NCBI GenBank assembly: GCA_963803435.1
Contig: CAWDML010000001.1
Coordinates: 2,624,001-2,688,000, forward strand
Length of the DNA: 64,000 bases
From: an uncultured delta proteobacterium
GTDB taxonomy: Bacteria; Myxococcota; Kuafuiibacteriia; Kuafuiibacteriales; Kuafuiibacteriaceae
Reading direction: 5' to 3'
The position numbers and the translations under genes are program-made. This document shows, one piece after another, positions 1-9,230 of this stretch. Numbering within the stretch: position 1 is the stretch's first letter; each line of letters opens with the position of its first letter. The notes under the pieces were generated by a model that was given only the letters and a program-made list of their open reading frames with translations, was not told the origin of the DNA and searched no databases.

Positions 1-1381
1 AAGGCCTGAACCTTCAGTTCTGCGAATCGCTGATCAACTACGATCTTCCCTGGAATCCGCAGCGCGTGGAGCAGCGCATCGGACGATGCCATCGATATGG
101 TCAGAAGAACGCCGTCACGGTGATCAACTTTCTCGCGGAGGACAACGAGACGGAGCTCCTCCTTTTCGAAATCCTCGCGTTGAAGCTCGACCTCTTCGGA
201 AAGGTGCTCGACGCATCCGATGTCGTCATTCATTCACCGAGCACCGATGCGCCAGAAACTCGACCTCCACCTTGGGAACGGAGGTGGAGCGGGAGTTGAG
301 CAGAATCTATCAGCGCGCTCGGACCGTGCAGGAAGTTCAGGAGGAGCTGAAGACGCTCCGGGCGCAGGTCGAAGAGCGAAGGAAGCGTTTCGAAGAAACG
401 CAAGCCAAGACTGAGAATCTCATCACCAGCCGCTTCGATGAAAACGTCCGACAGGTGTTCAAAGGCATTCAGGCGAAGCTTCCGCTCACGCTCGTTGAGC
501 TCGATCGCGACGTCGATAAATTGGTTGCCGGCTATCTCGACGCCTGCGGTGCTCAGTATCAACGGTCACGGCAGAAGAATCGTACGATCTTCGAGATCGC
601 TCCGAATGGTGTGCTCCCCGCTGGGCTCTCGGAAGGCGGTCGCTACCTCGTAGGTGAGGCGCGCGATGCCGGCGACATCGAGTCGCTACACATCGGGCAC
701 CCGCTCGTGCACGCCGCCGTCGACGAGGCGCGCAACGCCACCGAGAAGAGGTTCCAGGTCCGGTTCGCTCTCGATCGCAAGACCGACGTTTCGCTCGTTC
801 GGCACTTGGGCAAACGCGGCCGGATGGTCGTCACCAAGGTCCGGTACGACGGTTTCGAGCCAGTGGATCGCCTGCTCGTCACGGCGCTGATCGAAGGCGA
901 TTCGACGCCTCTTCCCCAGCAGGACGCGGAGCTTTTGCTCGATAAAACGATCACCGACGCCGAAGTGACCTCGCGCGTCGATCCGCAGGCGATCGACGAC
1001 GCCATCGAGGAGCAGCTCTTCTTCGATCAAGCCGTGGTCGCAGAGGAAGAGCAGCAACGCTTCGAGCGGGCAATTGAGCAAATCGAGCGCTATGCCGACG
1101 ACCGAGTCCTCGTGCTGAAACGCGAGCACGAGTCGGCGATGAACCGCTTCCGCGCTGCCGAAGCCCGGCGCGATTCGGCGCTCGGACCAGATCAGCGCGA
1201 CAAAGCCGAAGCTGACCTGGCGCGCATCAGCGAGGAGCTCGAAAGCCTGGAGGCACGCATCGAGCAGTTCCGGAATCGAGACGACGACGATTATCGCAAA
1301 TCCCACGAGCGGGCGAACCAACGTCGCTTCTCCCAACCCAGAGTCGGACGCCTGCTCGACGTGGAGTTCGAGATCGCATGA
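1..1381 (+). CDS. SNF2/RapA-like SF2 helicase, C-terminal part (5' end outside window; frameshift near 260)
   Basis: Frame from nt 3 reads GLNLQFCESLINYDLPWNPQRVEQRIGRCHRYGQK (SNF2 motifs V/VI). It continues in ORF 86..1381 from STLGTEVERELSRIYQRART to a coiled-coil C-terminus. The stop overlaps the next ATG (ATGA). Confidence 0.85.
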   Translation, partial: RPEPSVLRIADQLRSSLESAARGAAHRTMPSIWSEERRHGDQLSRGGQRDGAPPFRNPRVEARPLRKGARRIRCRHSFTEHRCARNSTSTLGTEVERELSRIYQRARTVQEVQEELKTLRAQVEERRKRFEETQAKTENLITSRFDENVRQVFKGIQAKLPLTLVELDRDVDKLVAGYLDACGAQYQRSRQKNRTIFEIAPNGVLPAGLSEGGRYLVGEARDAGDIESLHIGHPLVHAAVDEARNATEKRFQVRFALDRKTDVSLVRHLGKRGRMVVTKVRYDGFEPVDRLLVTALIEGDSTPLPQQDAELLLDKTITDAEVTSRVDPQAIDDAIEEQLFFDQAVVAEEEQQRFERAIEQIERYADDRVLVLKREHESAMNRFRAAEARRDSALGPDQRDKAEADLARISEELESLEARIEQFRNRDDDDYRKSHERANQRRFSQPRVGRLLDVEFEIA

Positions 1382-2514
1382 GCCATCAGGAGGAAGACGT
1401 CGTGCTCAAAGTGCTTCACACCGCCGACTGGCACCTTGGCAAGCGCTTCAACAGCTTCGATGCGGAAGACGGGCACAAGTTGGCGCGGGCCAGGCTCGAC
1501 GCCGTCGCGAGGCTCCTGTTGCTCGCCGATCAGCATGTCGTGGACGCGATGCTCTGCGCGGGCGATCTCTTCGATCAGCCCGACCCGCCGGCCGACGTGG
1601 TGGACCCGCTGATCGAACTCTTTCGCAAGAAGGAGCGCTCATTCCCAGTGTTCCTTCTTCCGGGCAATCACGATCCGCTCACTACCACGTCGATCTATCG
1701 CGCAGACGGACCGCTGAAGGCACGCCTTCCCAGCTACGTTCGAATCGTCGATCGCGACGACTTCATGCATCCGCTCGGGAAGGAAGGTGTTCTCTACGCC
1801 GTGCCTTGCCGAAGTCAGTCCGGCCAGTCAGATCCGACGGAGAAGATCCCACAGCGCGAACCGGGGGACGAGCGCATCCGGATCGGCATGGTTCACGGGC
1901 AGACGTTCCACTTCAAAGGGTATCAGACCACTTTTCCCATCGCGATCGATGCCGCCAAGCGGCGCGGACTGGACTACCTGGCGCTCGGCGACACTCACGC
2001 TCATCGGAACGTCGCCGAGAACGGGCCACCGATGATCTACCCGAGCTCGCCGGAGCCGGGCACGTTCGGAGAGACGGAAGCCGGGTTCGCGGCCCTGGTG
2101 CTGTTCCACCGTCGTCCTCGCGCGCCGAGCGTCCTGAAAGAGCGAGTCGCGCAGTGGCGCTGGCGCCAAGAGACCTGCAAGAGCGTCGACGCCGTCCGTG
2201 ATCTGATGCGGGAGCCGAACCTCCAGAAGACGGTGCTCCGCCTGACCCTCGATCTGAAGGGAACCGTACGGGAGCTCGACGAACTGGAGACCATACTCCG
2301 CGAAATGAAGGGCACGAACGTCAGCCACGGCCGCGTCGCCGTTCTGCAGCTCCAGCGAGATCGGACCGAGGTGGATCTCGCGAACGTCGAAGATGCGGTG
2401 GCGGGGATGCCGGAGGTTCTGAGGACCGTGGTCGATCGTTTGAGGCAGCAGGAAGGCGAACTCTCGGCGCGCGCGATCCGACATCTCTACAAAGTCATGA
2501 AGGAGCTCCGCTGA
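1378..2514 (+). CDS. Mre11/SbcD-like metallophosphoesterase nuclease
   Basis: Calcineurin-like motifs HTADWHLG, AGDLFD, LLPGNHD, MVHG, ALGDTH. Confidence 0.9.
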   Translation: MSHQEEDVVLKVLHTADWHLGKRFNSFDAEDGHKLARARLDAVARLLLLADQHVVDAMLCAGDLFDQPDPPADVVDPLIELFRKKERSFPVFLLPGNHDPLTTTSIYRADGPLKARLPSYVRIVDRDDFMHPLGKEGVLYAVPCRSQSGQSDPTEKIPQREPGDERIRIGMVHGQTFHFKGYQTTFPIAIDAAKRRGLDYLALGDTHAHRNVAENGPPMIYPSSPEPGTFGETEAGFAALVLFHRRPRAPSVLKERVAQWRWRQETCKSVDAVRDLMREPNLQKTVLRLTLDLKGTVRELDELETILREMKGTNVSHGRVAVLQLQRDRTEVDLANVEDAVAGMPEVLRTVVDRLRQQEGELSARAIRHLYKVMKELR

Positions 2515-5500
2515 TGCAGTTGATCTCGCTGAAAGTGGATGGGTTCCGGTGCATCCAGAAGGCTCGCATCGAGCTCAAGCCTGGGCTCAACATCCTGCAT
2601 GGCCCAAACGATCTGGGAAAGTCGACGTTGGCGATGGCAATCCGCGCCGTCCTCCTCCTGACCCATAACCAGCGAGAGCACGAGTCCTTCATCCCGTGGT
2701 CCGAGGATGCAGCGCCGAGCGTGGAGCTGCGGTTCGAGATGAAGGAGAAGGGCTACTATCAGGTCACCAAATTCTTCGGCGACGGGAATCGAGGAAAGTC
2801 GCTTCTCGGGTGGTCGAAGGACGGCCGAGACTACGCCGTAACCACAAAAGGCCGAGAGGTCGATGAAGAGCTGCGCAAGCTCCTCCGCTGGGGAGTACCT
2901 GCGCCCGGCGGCAAAGCGAGGACGAGAGGAATGCCCGAGACCTTCCTCACCGAGGTTCTGATGCCCAATCAGAGCCAGGTCGCGAGGGTCCTCGAGCTCA
3001 GTCTGGAGACGGATCCCGACGACTCGGGAAAGGCACACCTCACCCAAGTTCTCCAAGCGATGGCGACCGATCCAGTGTTCAAGAGAGTCTTCGCCGCCGC
3101 CACCGCGAAGGTCGACGAAGCCTACACACCGACCGGACAGCGGAAGCGCGGGAGAGGCTCGCCCTGGGCCGAAGCACGAGACCGGATCAACGAGCTGCAG
3201 CGGGACGTGGACCGACTCAAGGCGGACGTGGTGAAGAGCCAGGACGCCGAGAACAAGGCTCGCCTGCTGTCCGAGCAGCTCGCTGAGAAACGCCTCAAAA
3301 TTCAGGATGCCGCAGATCGCCTGACGGCACTCGAGAGTCGGTGGGCGGCAAAGCAGAAGCGCAGCACAGTCGAAGAGGAGGAGCGGATCGCTCGCGCAGC
3401 ACTGCTCGAGATCGAACGTCTTTTCAAGGCCGTAGCCGAGACCGAGGTGGAAATCGGATCACTCGCGCGAAAGATCGCAGACGCAAGTCAGAAACTGGTC
3501 CGGTCGAAGGAGCAGGTCGAAGGCGCCGAGACCTCGCTGAAGGTGGCAGAGGAGCAGAAGGCGCGACTCGAGAGCGAGGCGGGCGAGCAGGCGCGAACGA
3601 TCGAGCGGGCGAAGCTGGAGACTGCTCTGGCCGAGGCGGCCTCGACGATCGCCGCGCTGGAGAATGAGAAACAGCGAGCATCCGAAGCCAAGCGAGAGAC
3701 AGACGCTCTGCACATCGTCGAGGCGCGCGCTGCCGAGCTCACGGGTCGCATCGCGGGATTGGCCGGTGAGCAGGACAGCGCGAAGCGTTCGATGGAGGAC
3801 GCCAAGGGCGCGGTCGAAGAGAGCAAGCAGCTCGAGGCCGTCGCTCGCCACCTCGACGCGAAGAGGCAATACGACGGGAACGAGCTCGCGATCGAAAAGG
3901 CGAAGGCACTTCGAGAAAAGGTGGCGCGACTAAGAGATGAAGCGAAAGCCCTCGAGACACGACTAGCGACGCTCACGCTACCGACGAAGGCACAGCTTCA
4001 ATCGCTGCGGACGTTGAAGCACAAGCTCGACCTCGCGGAGGCCGAGACTGCACTCGCATTGTCGGTCCAACCCGAGCGCGCGCTCGCGGTATCCATCAGC
4101 ACGGACGACGCGCTCGAGATCGACGATCGGATCGAGTCCGCGAAAACGATCGAGGCGCGACGATCGATCAGGTTGGTGATCGCTGGTGTCGGAGAGATCA
4201 CGGCGGTCGCCGGACGACCGGAGGCTCGCAAAGAGGCCGATGACCTCGGTCGGCGCTGGAAGCTCGAAGGTCGCACAGTTCTCGACGCCGCAGGTGCCGC
4301 CGATCTGGACGCCCTCGCCGGCATGATCGAAGAGGCAGAGCGGCTGAGGATCGATGCGGACGCCCGGTCTCGCGAGTCGGATTCAATGGAAGCTGCCCTG
4401 AAGGAGATCGTGGTCCGGGATCGGGCCGAGCTGCGCCATCTCATGGATGAGCGTGAGCTCCCGCTTCGGGATCTCGATCGCAACACACTCCTGGCGAAGC
4501 TGGAGAGAATCGGAGCCGATCGCCTCGACCTCGAGGAAGCGTCGCTTCGGAAAAAGCTGGATGCGGCGATTGCCAAGGCTGGGCAGCTGGAGCTCGAACT
4601 GACGAAACTCGACGCCGAGCTGAAGCGCGACGAGGAAGCGATCAGCGAACAGAAGCAGCGGTTGGAGCCTCGCCTCGCAGCGCTGGGAGCGTCGCCGCAA
4701 TCGGTCCTCGAGCGCGTTCAGAATGAACAGCGGAAGTTGGAGCGTGGCCGAAACGAGACGAAGGCCAGGCTAGAAGCACTCGACCGCGAGGCGAAGACGG
4801 CGATCGTCGATGCGTCGAGAGCAGTGGAAACTGCACGGTCCTCAGTCGCGACCGCGAAGGAAGCCGCTTCTAGAGCAGAAGCCGAGCTGGGCGATCTTCA
4901 AAAGCGGAACGCAGCCGCCCAGGCATTACTCGATGAACGACGCCGCAATGCGGAGGCGGCCGATCGCGCCAAGCACGAGGCGAGGATCGCTGAACTGGCC
5001 GCTCGGCTGAGCGCCATGCCGGTAGATCCGGACCTGAGTGAATCGATGATCGAACAGGCACGGAGCGATTTTCGACGCGAGGAGCAGCTCGCGGACTCGA
5101 TTGAGGCCGACCTCAACGCCGCACGAGGCGCGCTCGAGCACGTCGGGGGCAGCGTGGTGAAGGAGCAGGAGGAGGATTTGGAAGAAGCGCTCCGTCTCGC
5201 CTCCCGCGGACAACAGGATCTCGACATGGAGTACGAGGCGTGGCGCCTCCTCGTCGAGACGCTCAAAGAGGCAGAAAAGGAGCAGGCCGGCCATCTCGGA
5301 CGGGCCCTCGTCGAGCCGATCCGCCAACGGTTCGCCGAGCTCACTGAAGGCCGCTATCCGAAGCTTGCCATCGGCCCAAACCTCGAAGCCCAGAAGATCG
5401 TCGCGGAAGGAGGTGAGCGCGAGATCGGTTCGCTCTCTGTCGGCACGCGAGAGCAACTCGCCACGTTGATCAGGATCTGTCTCGCCGAGCGCCTCGGCAC

Positions 5501-5765
5501 CTGTTTGATCCTCGACGACCAGCTCACCCAATCCGATCCGACCCGCATCGGCTGGGTGCGCGAGCTGCTCTATGAGACAGCGAATCGGCTCCAGATCATC
5601 GTGCTCACCTGCCGCCCGGAAGACTACGTGCGTCCAGGGACTGGTTGCACGATCGTCGATCTCGCGAAGTGCGTGAACCGCTACGGAGCAAAGCGCGTCC
5701 TCCCGGACGGAAGCACGCGATCAGCGCCGGCCTCGAACGTCGAAAGCCCGCGCAAGGAGACATGA
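2514..5765 (+). CDS. Rad50/SbcC/YhaN-like SMC-type ATPase with long coiled coils
   Basis: Walker A GPNDLGKST, long heptad-rich middle, signature LSVGTREQ, Walker B LILDD; TGATG coupling to the nuclease. Confidence 0.9.
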   Translation: MQLISLKVDGFRCIQKARIELKPGLNILHGPNDLGKSTLAMAIRAVLLLTHNQREHESFIPWSEDAAPSVELRFEMKEKGYYQVTKFFGDGNRGKSLLGWSKDGRDYAVTTKGREVDEELRKLLRWGVPAPGGKARTRGMPETFLTEVLMPNQSQVARVLELSLETDPDDSGKAHLTQVLQAMATDPVFKRVFAAATAKVDEAYTPTGQRKRGRGSPWAEARDRINELQRDVDRLKADVVKSQDAENKARLLSEQLAEKRLKIQDAADRLTALESRWAAKQKRSTVEEEERIARAALLEIERLFKAVAETEVEIGSLARKIADASQKLVRSKEQVEGAETSLKVAEEQKARLESEAGEQARTIERAKLETALAEAASTIAALENEKQRASEAKRETDALHIVEARAAELTGRIAGLAGEQDSAKRSMEDAKGAVEESKQLEAVARHLDAKRQYDGNELAIEKAKALREKVARLRDEAKALETRLATLTLPTKAQLQSLRTLKHKLDLAEAETALALSVQPERALAVSISTDDALEIDDRIESAKTIEARRSIRLVIAGVGEITAVAGRPEARKEADDLGRRWKLEGRTVLDAAGAADLDALAGMIEEAERLRIDADARSRESDSMEAALKEIVVRDRAELRHLMDERELPLRDLDRNTLLAKLERIGADRLDLEEASLRKKLDAAIAKAGQLELELTKLDAELKRDEEAISEQKQRLEPRLAALGASPQSVLERVQNEQRKLERGRNETKARLEALDREAKTAIVDASRAVETARSSVATAKEAASRAEAELGDLQKRNAAAQALLDERRRNAEAADRAKHEARIAELAARLSAMPVDPDLSESMIEQARSDFRREEQLADSIEADLNAARGALEHVGGSVVKEQEEDLEEALRLASRGQQDLDMEYEAWRLLVETLKEAEKEQAGHLGRALVEPIRQRFAELTEGRYPKLAIGPNLEAQKIVAEGGEREIGSLSVGTREQLATLIRICLAERLGTCLILDDQLTQSDPTRIGWVRELLYETANRLQIIVLTCRPEDYVRPGTGCTIVDLAKCVNRYGAKRVLPDGSTRSAPASNVESPRKET

Positions 5766-6496
5766 TCATGGGCGAGCGAAACGTGCGACCCATAGAGATG
5801 ATCCCGCAGAGCGGCAGGTGCGCGATCGCAGCCGTGGGAGAGTCGTATTACGTCGAAGCCGTCGGGGCGATCTGCGGGCCGCGAACCATCCAAGGGGAGC
5901 ATCGTTCCGTCGTCGCCATACTCCTTCGTGAGCCGTCGAATCCGTACGACCCGACCTCCGTCGCCGTCTACGTCGAAGGTCGGAAGGTCGCCCATCTCAG
6001 CCGCGCTCATGCCATCGAGTACCGAGCCCTCGTCGAAGAGATAGAGGCCCGCGGACACTACGCAGCATGCGCGGCGCTCATCCGCGGGGGATGGGATCAC
6101 GGGGATGGCGAGCGAGCCGATTACGGAATCTGGCTCGATCTCCCCGCCTCCGATCGAACGCGCCCTCGCACCGTCGACGAAGCTCTCGCCCGCATCGCAT
6201 CGATCAAAGTACCACCACACCGGCGCGAGGCGCTGCAGGAACTTGCCGCGAACTTCTCAGACCCGAGAGATCGCCAGGCGCTTTTCATCGGAGCCGCCAA
6301 AGCCGAGGTCGAGAAGGTGCTCCGAAAGGTCGCGTCGATCAAAGGAATCGCGACCAAGAGGAAGCACTTGCTTCAGGCAATTCAAGACCTCCAGAGCGAT
6401 CCGATTCCTGACGAGCTCCAATACGAAGAGCTCACGGCGCTCAAGAACGCGCTCCTCGATCTCGAACCGGGCGCCCAGACAGGAAACCGCCCATGA
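5762..6496 (+). CDS. HIRAN-domain protein (paralogue 1) with C-terminal helical domain
   Basis: VGESYY...LLREPSNPYDPTSVAVYVEGRKVAHLSR matches the HIRAN pattern. ATG at 5762 overlaps the ATPase stop. Confidence 0.75.
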   Translation: MIMGERNVRPIEMIPQSGRCAIAAVGESYYVEAVGAICGPRTIQGEHRSVVAILLREPSNPYDPTSVAVYVEGRKVAHLSRAHAIEYRALVEEIEARGHYAACAALIRGGWDHGDGERADYGIWLDLPASDRTRPRTVDEALARIASIKVPPHRREALQELAANFSDPRDRQALFIGAAKAEVEKVLRKVASIKGIATKRKHLLQAIQDLQSDPIPDELQYEELTALKNALLDLEPGAQTGNRP

Positions 6497-6933
6497 GCGG
6501 AAAGAAGAGCGCGAGAAGACGACGAGTCGACGAGCTCGTCTCAGGCCAGCAGTATCGAGTGCTCTCCGTGCATCCTCCTTGGGCCTGGGCGATCATCTTC
6601 GCCGGCAAGGACGTGGAGAATCGCTCGTGGTCCACGCCGTACCGTGGGCGCATCCTGATCCACGCATCCTCGCGGAAGTACGGAGCAGCCTCGCTGGAGG
6701 ACGCCCGCGACTTCATCGCCCAATGCTCAGGGCTCGACCACGACGAGATTCCGACCGAGTTCCCGCGGAGCCAGCTGCTCGGCACGGTCGAGGTCGTCGA
6801 CTGCATCGACTCGGCGGAGTCGCCATGGGCCGATCCCGACAGCGTTCACTGGATTCTTCGAAAGCCGCTTCCGCTCGCGAAGGCGATCACCGGGATCGAT
6901 GGGAAGCTCAACCTGTGGAGTTGGACGCGGTGA
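6493..6933 (+). CDS. ASCH-domain protein
   Basis: LSVHPPWAWAIIFAGKDVENRSW..YRGRILIHAS (GxKxxExR ASCH motif) and C-terminal GKLNLW. Confidence 0.85.
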   Translation: MSGKKSARRRRVDELVSGQQYRVLSVHPPWAWAIIFAGKDVENRSWSTPYRGRILIHASSRKYGAASLEDARDFIAQCSGLDHDEIPTEFPRSQLLGTVEVVDCIDSAESPWADPDSVHWILRKPLPLAKAITGIDGKLNLWSWTR

Positions 6934-6988
6934 TAGGTCGAGGGTGAGCGCTCTCGCCGAGATCCCTTAGTCGAAGGTCGATAACAAA

Positions 6989-7717
6989 ATGGGAATTTTT
7001 GATTGGTTACTCGGACGAAAGAAGAACACCGACGAACGTTCGGCCTCGCTCTATTTGATGCCCTCGCTGGGCAAGTTCGGTGTCCATGTCGTGGGAGAGT
7101 CGCACTACACGAATTCGTTTCGAGAAATCTGTGGTCCGCCAACGCCGCCAAAAACAATGACCGTCACCGCGAGTCTTGTTCCGGACCCGAGAAATCCGCA
7201 TGACGCGAACGCCATCGCGATCGTTGTGAACGGGAAGAGGATCGGTCATCTCGCGACAGAAGATGCGCAGCGGTATCTCGGACTCGTTCAGCGACTGAAC
7301 GAACAGGGCAGCACGGTTTGCTGCCACGCGGAGATCAAGTCCGGATGGGAAGGCAGCGAAAACTACGCGAGCCAGTATAGTGCACGCCTCGACCTTCCGC
7401 CTCCTCCAGAAGAAGCATACGCGAAGTACTCGAAGAAGGTCCGCACGCTAAAGAGCTCGGAGGCAAGACGGAAAGCGGTCGAAGAGGGACTCGTCGAGAT
7501 CATCGATGTTTCGCTCCGCGACCAGCTCAGAGTAGAAGCCGCACGCGCTGAGGTGGACCATGTTCTCGCCAAGGTGGTGTCTCTCAAGAGCGATGGAGCA
7601 AAAAGGAAACAGCTAGAGGAAGCAGCTGGCTTGCTGGAGTCGTGGGAAGTGCAAGGTGACGTCAGGACAGAATGCATGCAACGAATCTACGCCGCCCTCG
7701 CGCAGCTCAAGACATAG
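6989..7717 (+). CDS. HIRAN-domain protein (paralogue 2)
   Basis: VVGESHY...LVPDPRNPHDANAIAIVVNGKRIGHL; aligns by eye with 5762..6496 over most of its length. Confidence 0.75.
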   Translation: MGIFDWLLGRKKNTDERSASLYLMPSLGKFGVHVVGESHYTNSFREICGPPTPPKTMTVTASLVPDPRNPHDANAIAIVVNGKRIGHLATEDAQRYLGLVQRLNEQGSTVCCHAEIKSGWEGSENYASQYSARLDLPPPPEEAYAKYSKKVRTLKSSEARRKAVEEGLVEIIDVSLRDQLRVEAARAEVDHVLAKVVSLKSDGAKRKQLEEAAGLLESWEVQGDVRTECMQRIYAALAQLKT

Positions 7718-7766
7718 TGTACAGATCAGAGTGAGCCGTCAGTTGCCAGCGGAGTGATGGTGGAAC

Positions 7767-9230
7767 GTGGATGACGCGATCAAGCAAGTGGGAAGGCTGC
7801 TGCAGCATGTTCGCAGTGAGCTCGGCCTCAACATCGACGAACTTGCACAGAAGCTCGGGCGGACGGGTGGGCTGGTATGGAAGTGGGAGAATGGGCGCGG
7901 TCGCCTTGGGCTGAGCGAGCGCGAGCAGCTTCTTCGCTTCTTCGGGACCCTCGGCGCAGCGAGCGCTCCGTCAATTCCCAAGCTGATCGCCGCCCTGCAA
8001 CGTGCCAACCGATTCGGCCGTGGGACAGGCGAGCAGGAAGCCGACGAACCGCACAACCGAATGCCGTCTTCAGAACTGCCGGCGCCACATCGCGCGTTCG
8101 CTTCTGGAGAGTTTCCGCAGCTCTTGGAGCTTGCTACCCAACGAAAAGAGGAAGTTGACGAACTGCTCGAGACGGAGCTCCCAGCGGAAGCAAGAGGCTG
8201 GCCCTTCGAAGATCGAGTCCTGATGCTCGTGTGTCCGCACCTGCGATCTCGCGCGAACGAGTTTCATAAGAATGCGGCTCCCCGTCTACGCGAGTACCTC
8301 CCAGCTGGAGCGCGATCGTTTTTGGAGGAGAAGTTTCCTGAAGAACTCGAGAAACTTCTCGATCGGCACCAACGCGCTCAGAAAGTCCGTGCTCCCGATC
8401 CGGGATCATTGTTGCCTTCGCCGACGCCCCCTCCTCCCCGCGAGAAAGATCCCTGGCCCCAACAGAAATCGCCGCCGCAACCGCCCGCTGATCCGCACGA
8501 GCACACCGAACTGAAGATCCAATTGATGGTCGGAGTACGGATGCCGATCTGGAAAACATTCTTGAACGCGCACCGCGAAGTCCCCGAGGGAGAATTGGGA
8601 CGGATCCTCTCTGGGATCGTCGAGGCTGGCCTAATGAAGGAAACCGTCCGCCAGCTCAACGCGCTCTCCGACTCCGACTTCGAGGCCCGATTCGAGCAGC
8701 CGGATGCAGGCACGCTACTCCACGAGATCAACGCCCGTGAATCGGCGAACCTACGTCGAGACTTACTTCAGGCCGAGCAACGACTCGCTGATGTCAGCCC
8801 AGAACATGCTCAAACTCGTGTACCACACGAAGAGCTCGAGAATCCGGTGGAGACCACTACAGAGCCTCCGGTCGAAGTGCAGGTCGAATCGACCGTTATC
8901 GAGGAACGGCATCGAGTTGGCGCTCCGGAACCTCAGCGCACTCTTTATACCGAGATTCGTCTGATCACCGCCTCGAACGCAGCGAATTGGTCACAAGGTG
9001 ACCCCCTGGCTCTTCTGCATGCCGATGTTAGCCAGGGTTCGTTGATCGCACGCCACGTTCGTCTGGGACTGGAGATCGACTTCGAGCGTTTGCCTATCTA
9101 CGAACGAGTCGCTTGGGGAGCGGCGTTCCTGCTGAGCGGTGCTCGGGCACTTGCGGACGTTGATGATGGCCAGTTCACTTACGAGGCGCTCGGCTCACGG
9201 CTGGAATCGCCGATCTTCGGTCGCGCCTGA
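7767..9230 (+). CDS. XRE-family HTH protein; probably the N-terminal part of a giant gene running to 12683
   Basis: N-terminal VRSELGLNIDELAQKLGRTGGLVWKWENG HTH and a Pro-rich linker. Protein-like sequence resumes in another frame at the stop (LTAAHRAAIVRGARELWGIEMLRSS). Confidence 0.65.
   Translation: MDDAIKQVGRLLQHVRSELGLNIDELAQKLGRTGGLVWKWENGRGRLGLSEREQLLRFFGTLGAASAPSIPKLIAALQRANRFGRGTGEQEADEPHNRMPSSELPAPHRAFASGEFPQLLELATQRKEEVDELLETELPAEARGWPFEDRVLMLVCPHLRSRANEFHKNAAPRLREYLPAGARSFLEEKFPEELEKLLDRHQRAQKVRAPDPGSLLPSPTPPPPREKDPWPQQKSPPQPPADPHEHTELKIQLMVGVRMPIWKTFLNAHREVPEGELGRILSGIVEAGLMKETVRQLNALSDSDFEARFEQPDAGTLLHEINARESANLRRDLLQAEQRLADVSPEHAQTRVPHEELENPVETTTEPPVEVQVESTVIEERHRVGAPEPQRTLYTEIRLITASNAANWSQGDPLALLHADVSQGSLIARHVRLGLEIDFERLPIYERVAWGAAFLLSGARALADVDDGQFTYEALGSRLESPIFGRA

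Noticed and set aside
1378-5765. Assignment to Wadjet, Lamassu or Gabija
   Set aside because: No JetA/B/D, LmuA effector, TOPRIM/OLD nuclease or UvrD partner is recognisable; the nuclease is a calcineurin-like phosphoesterase.
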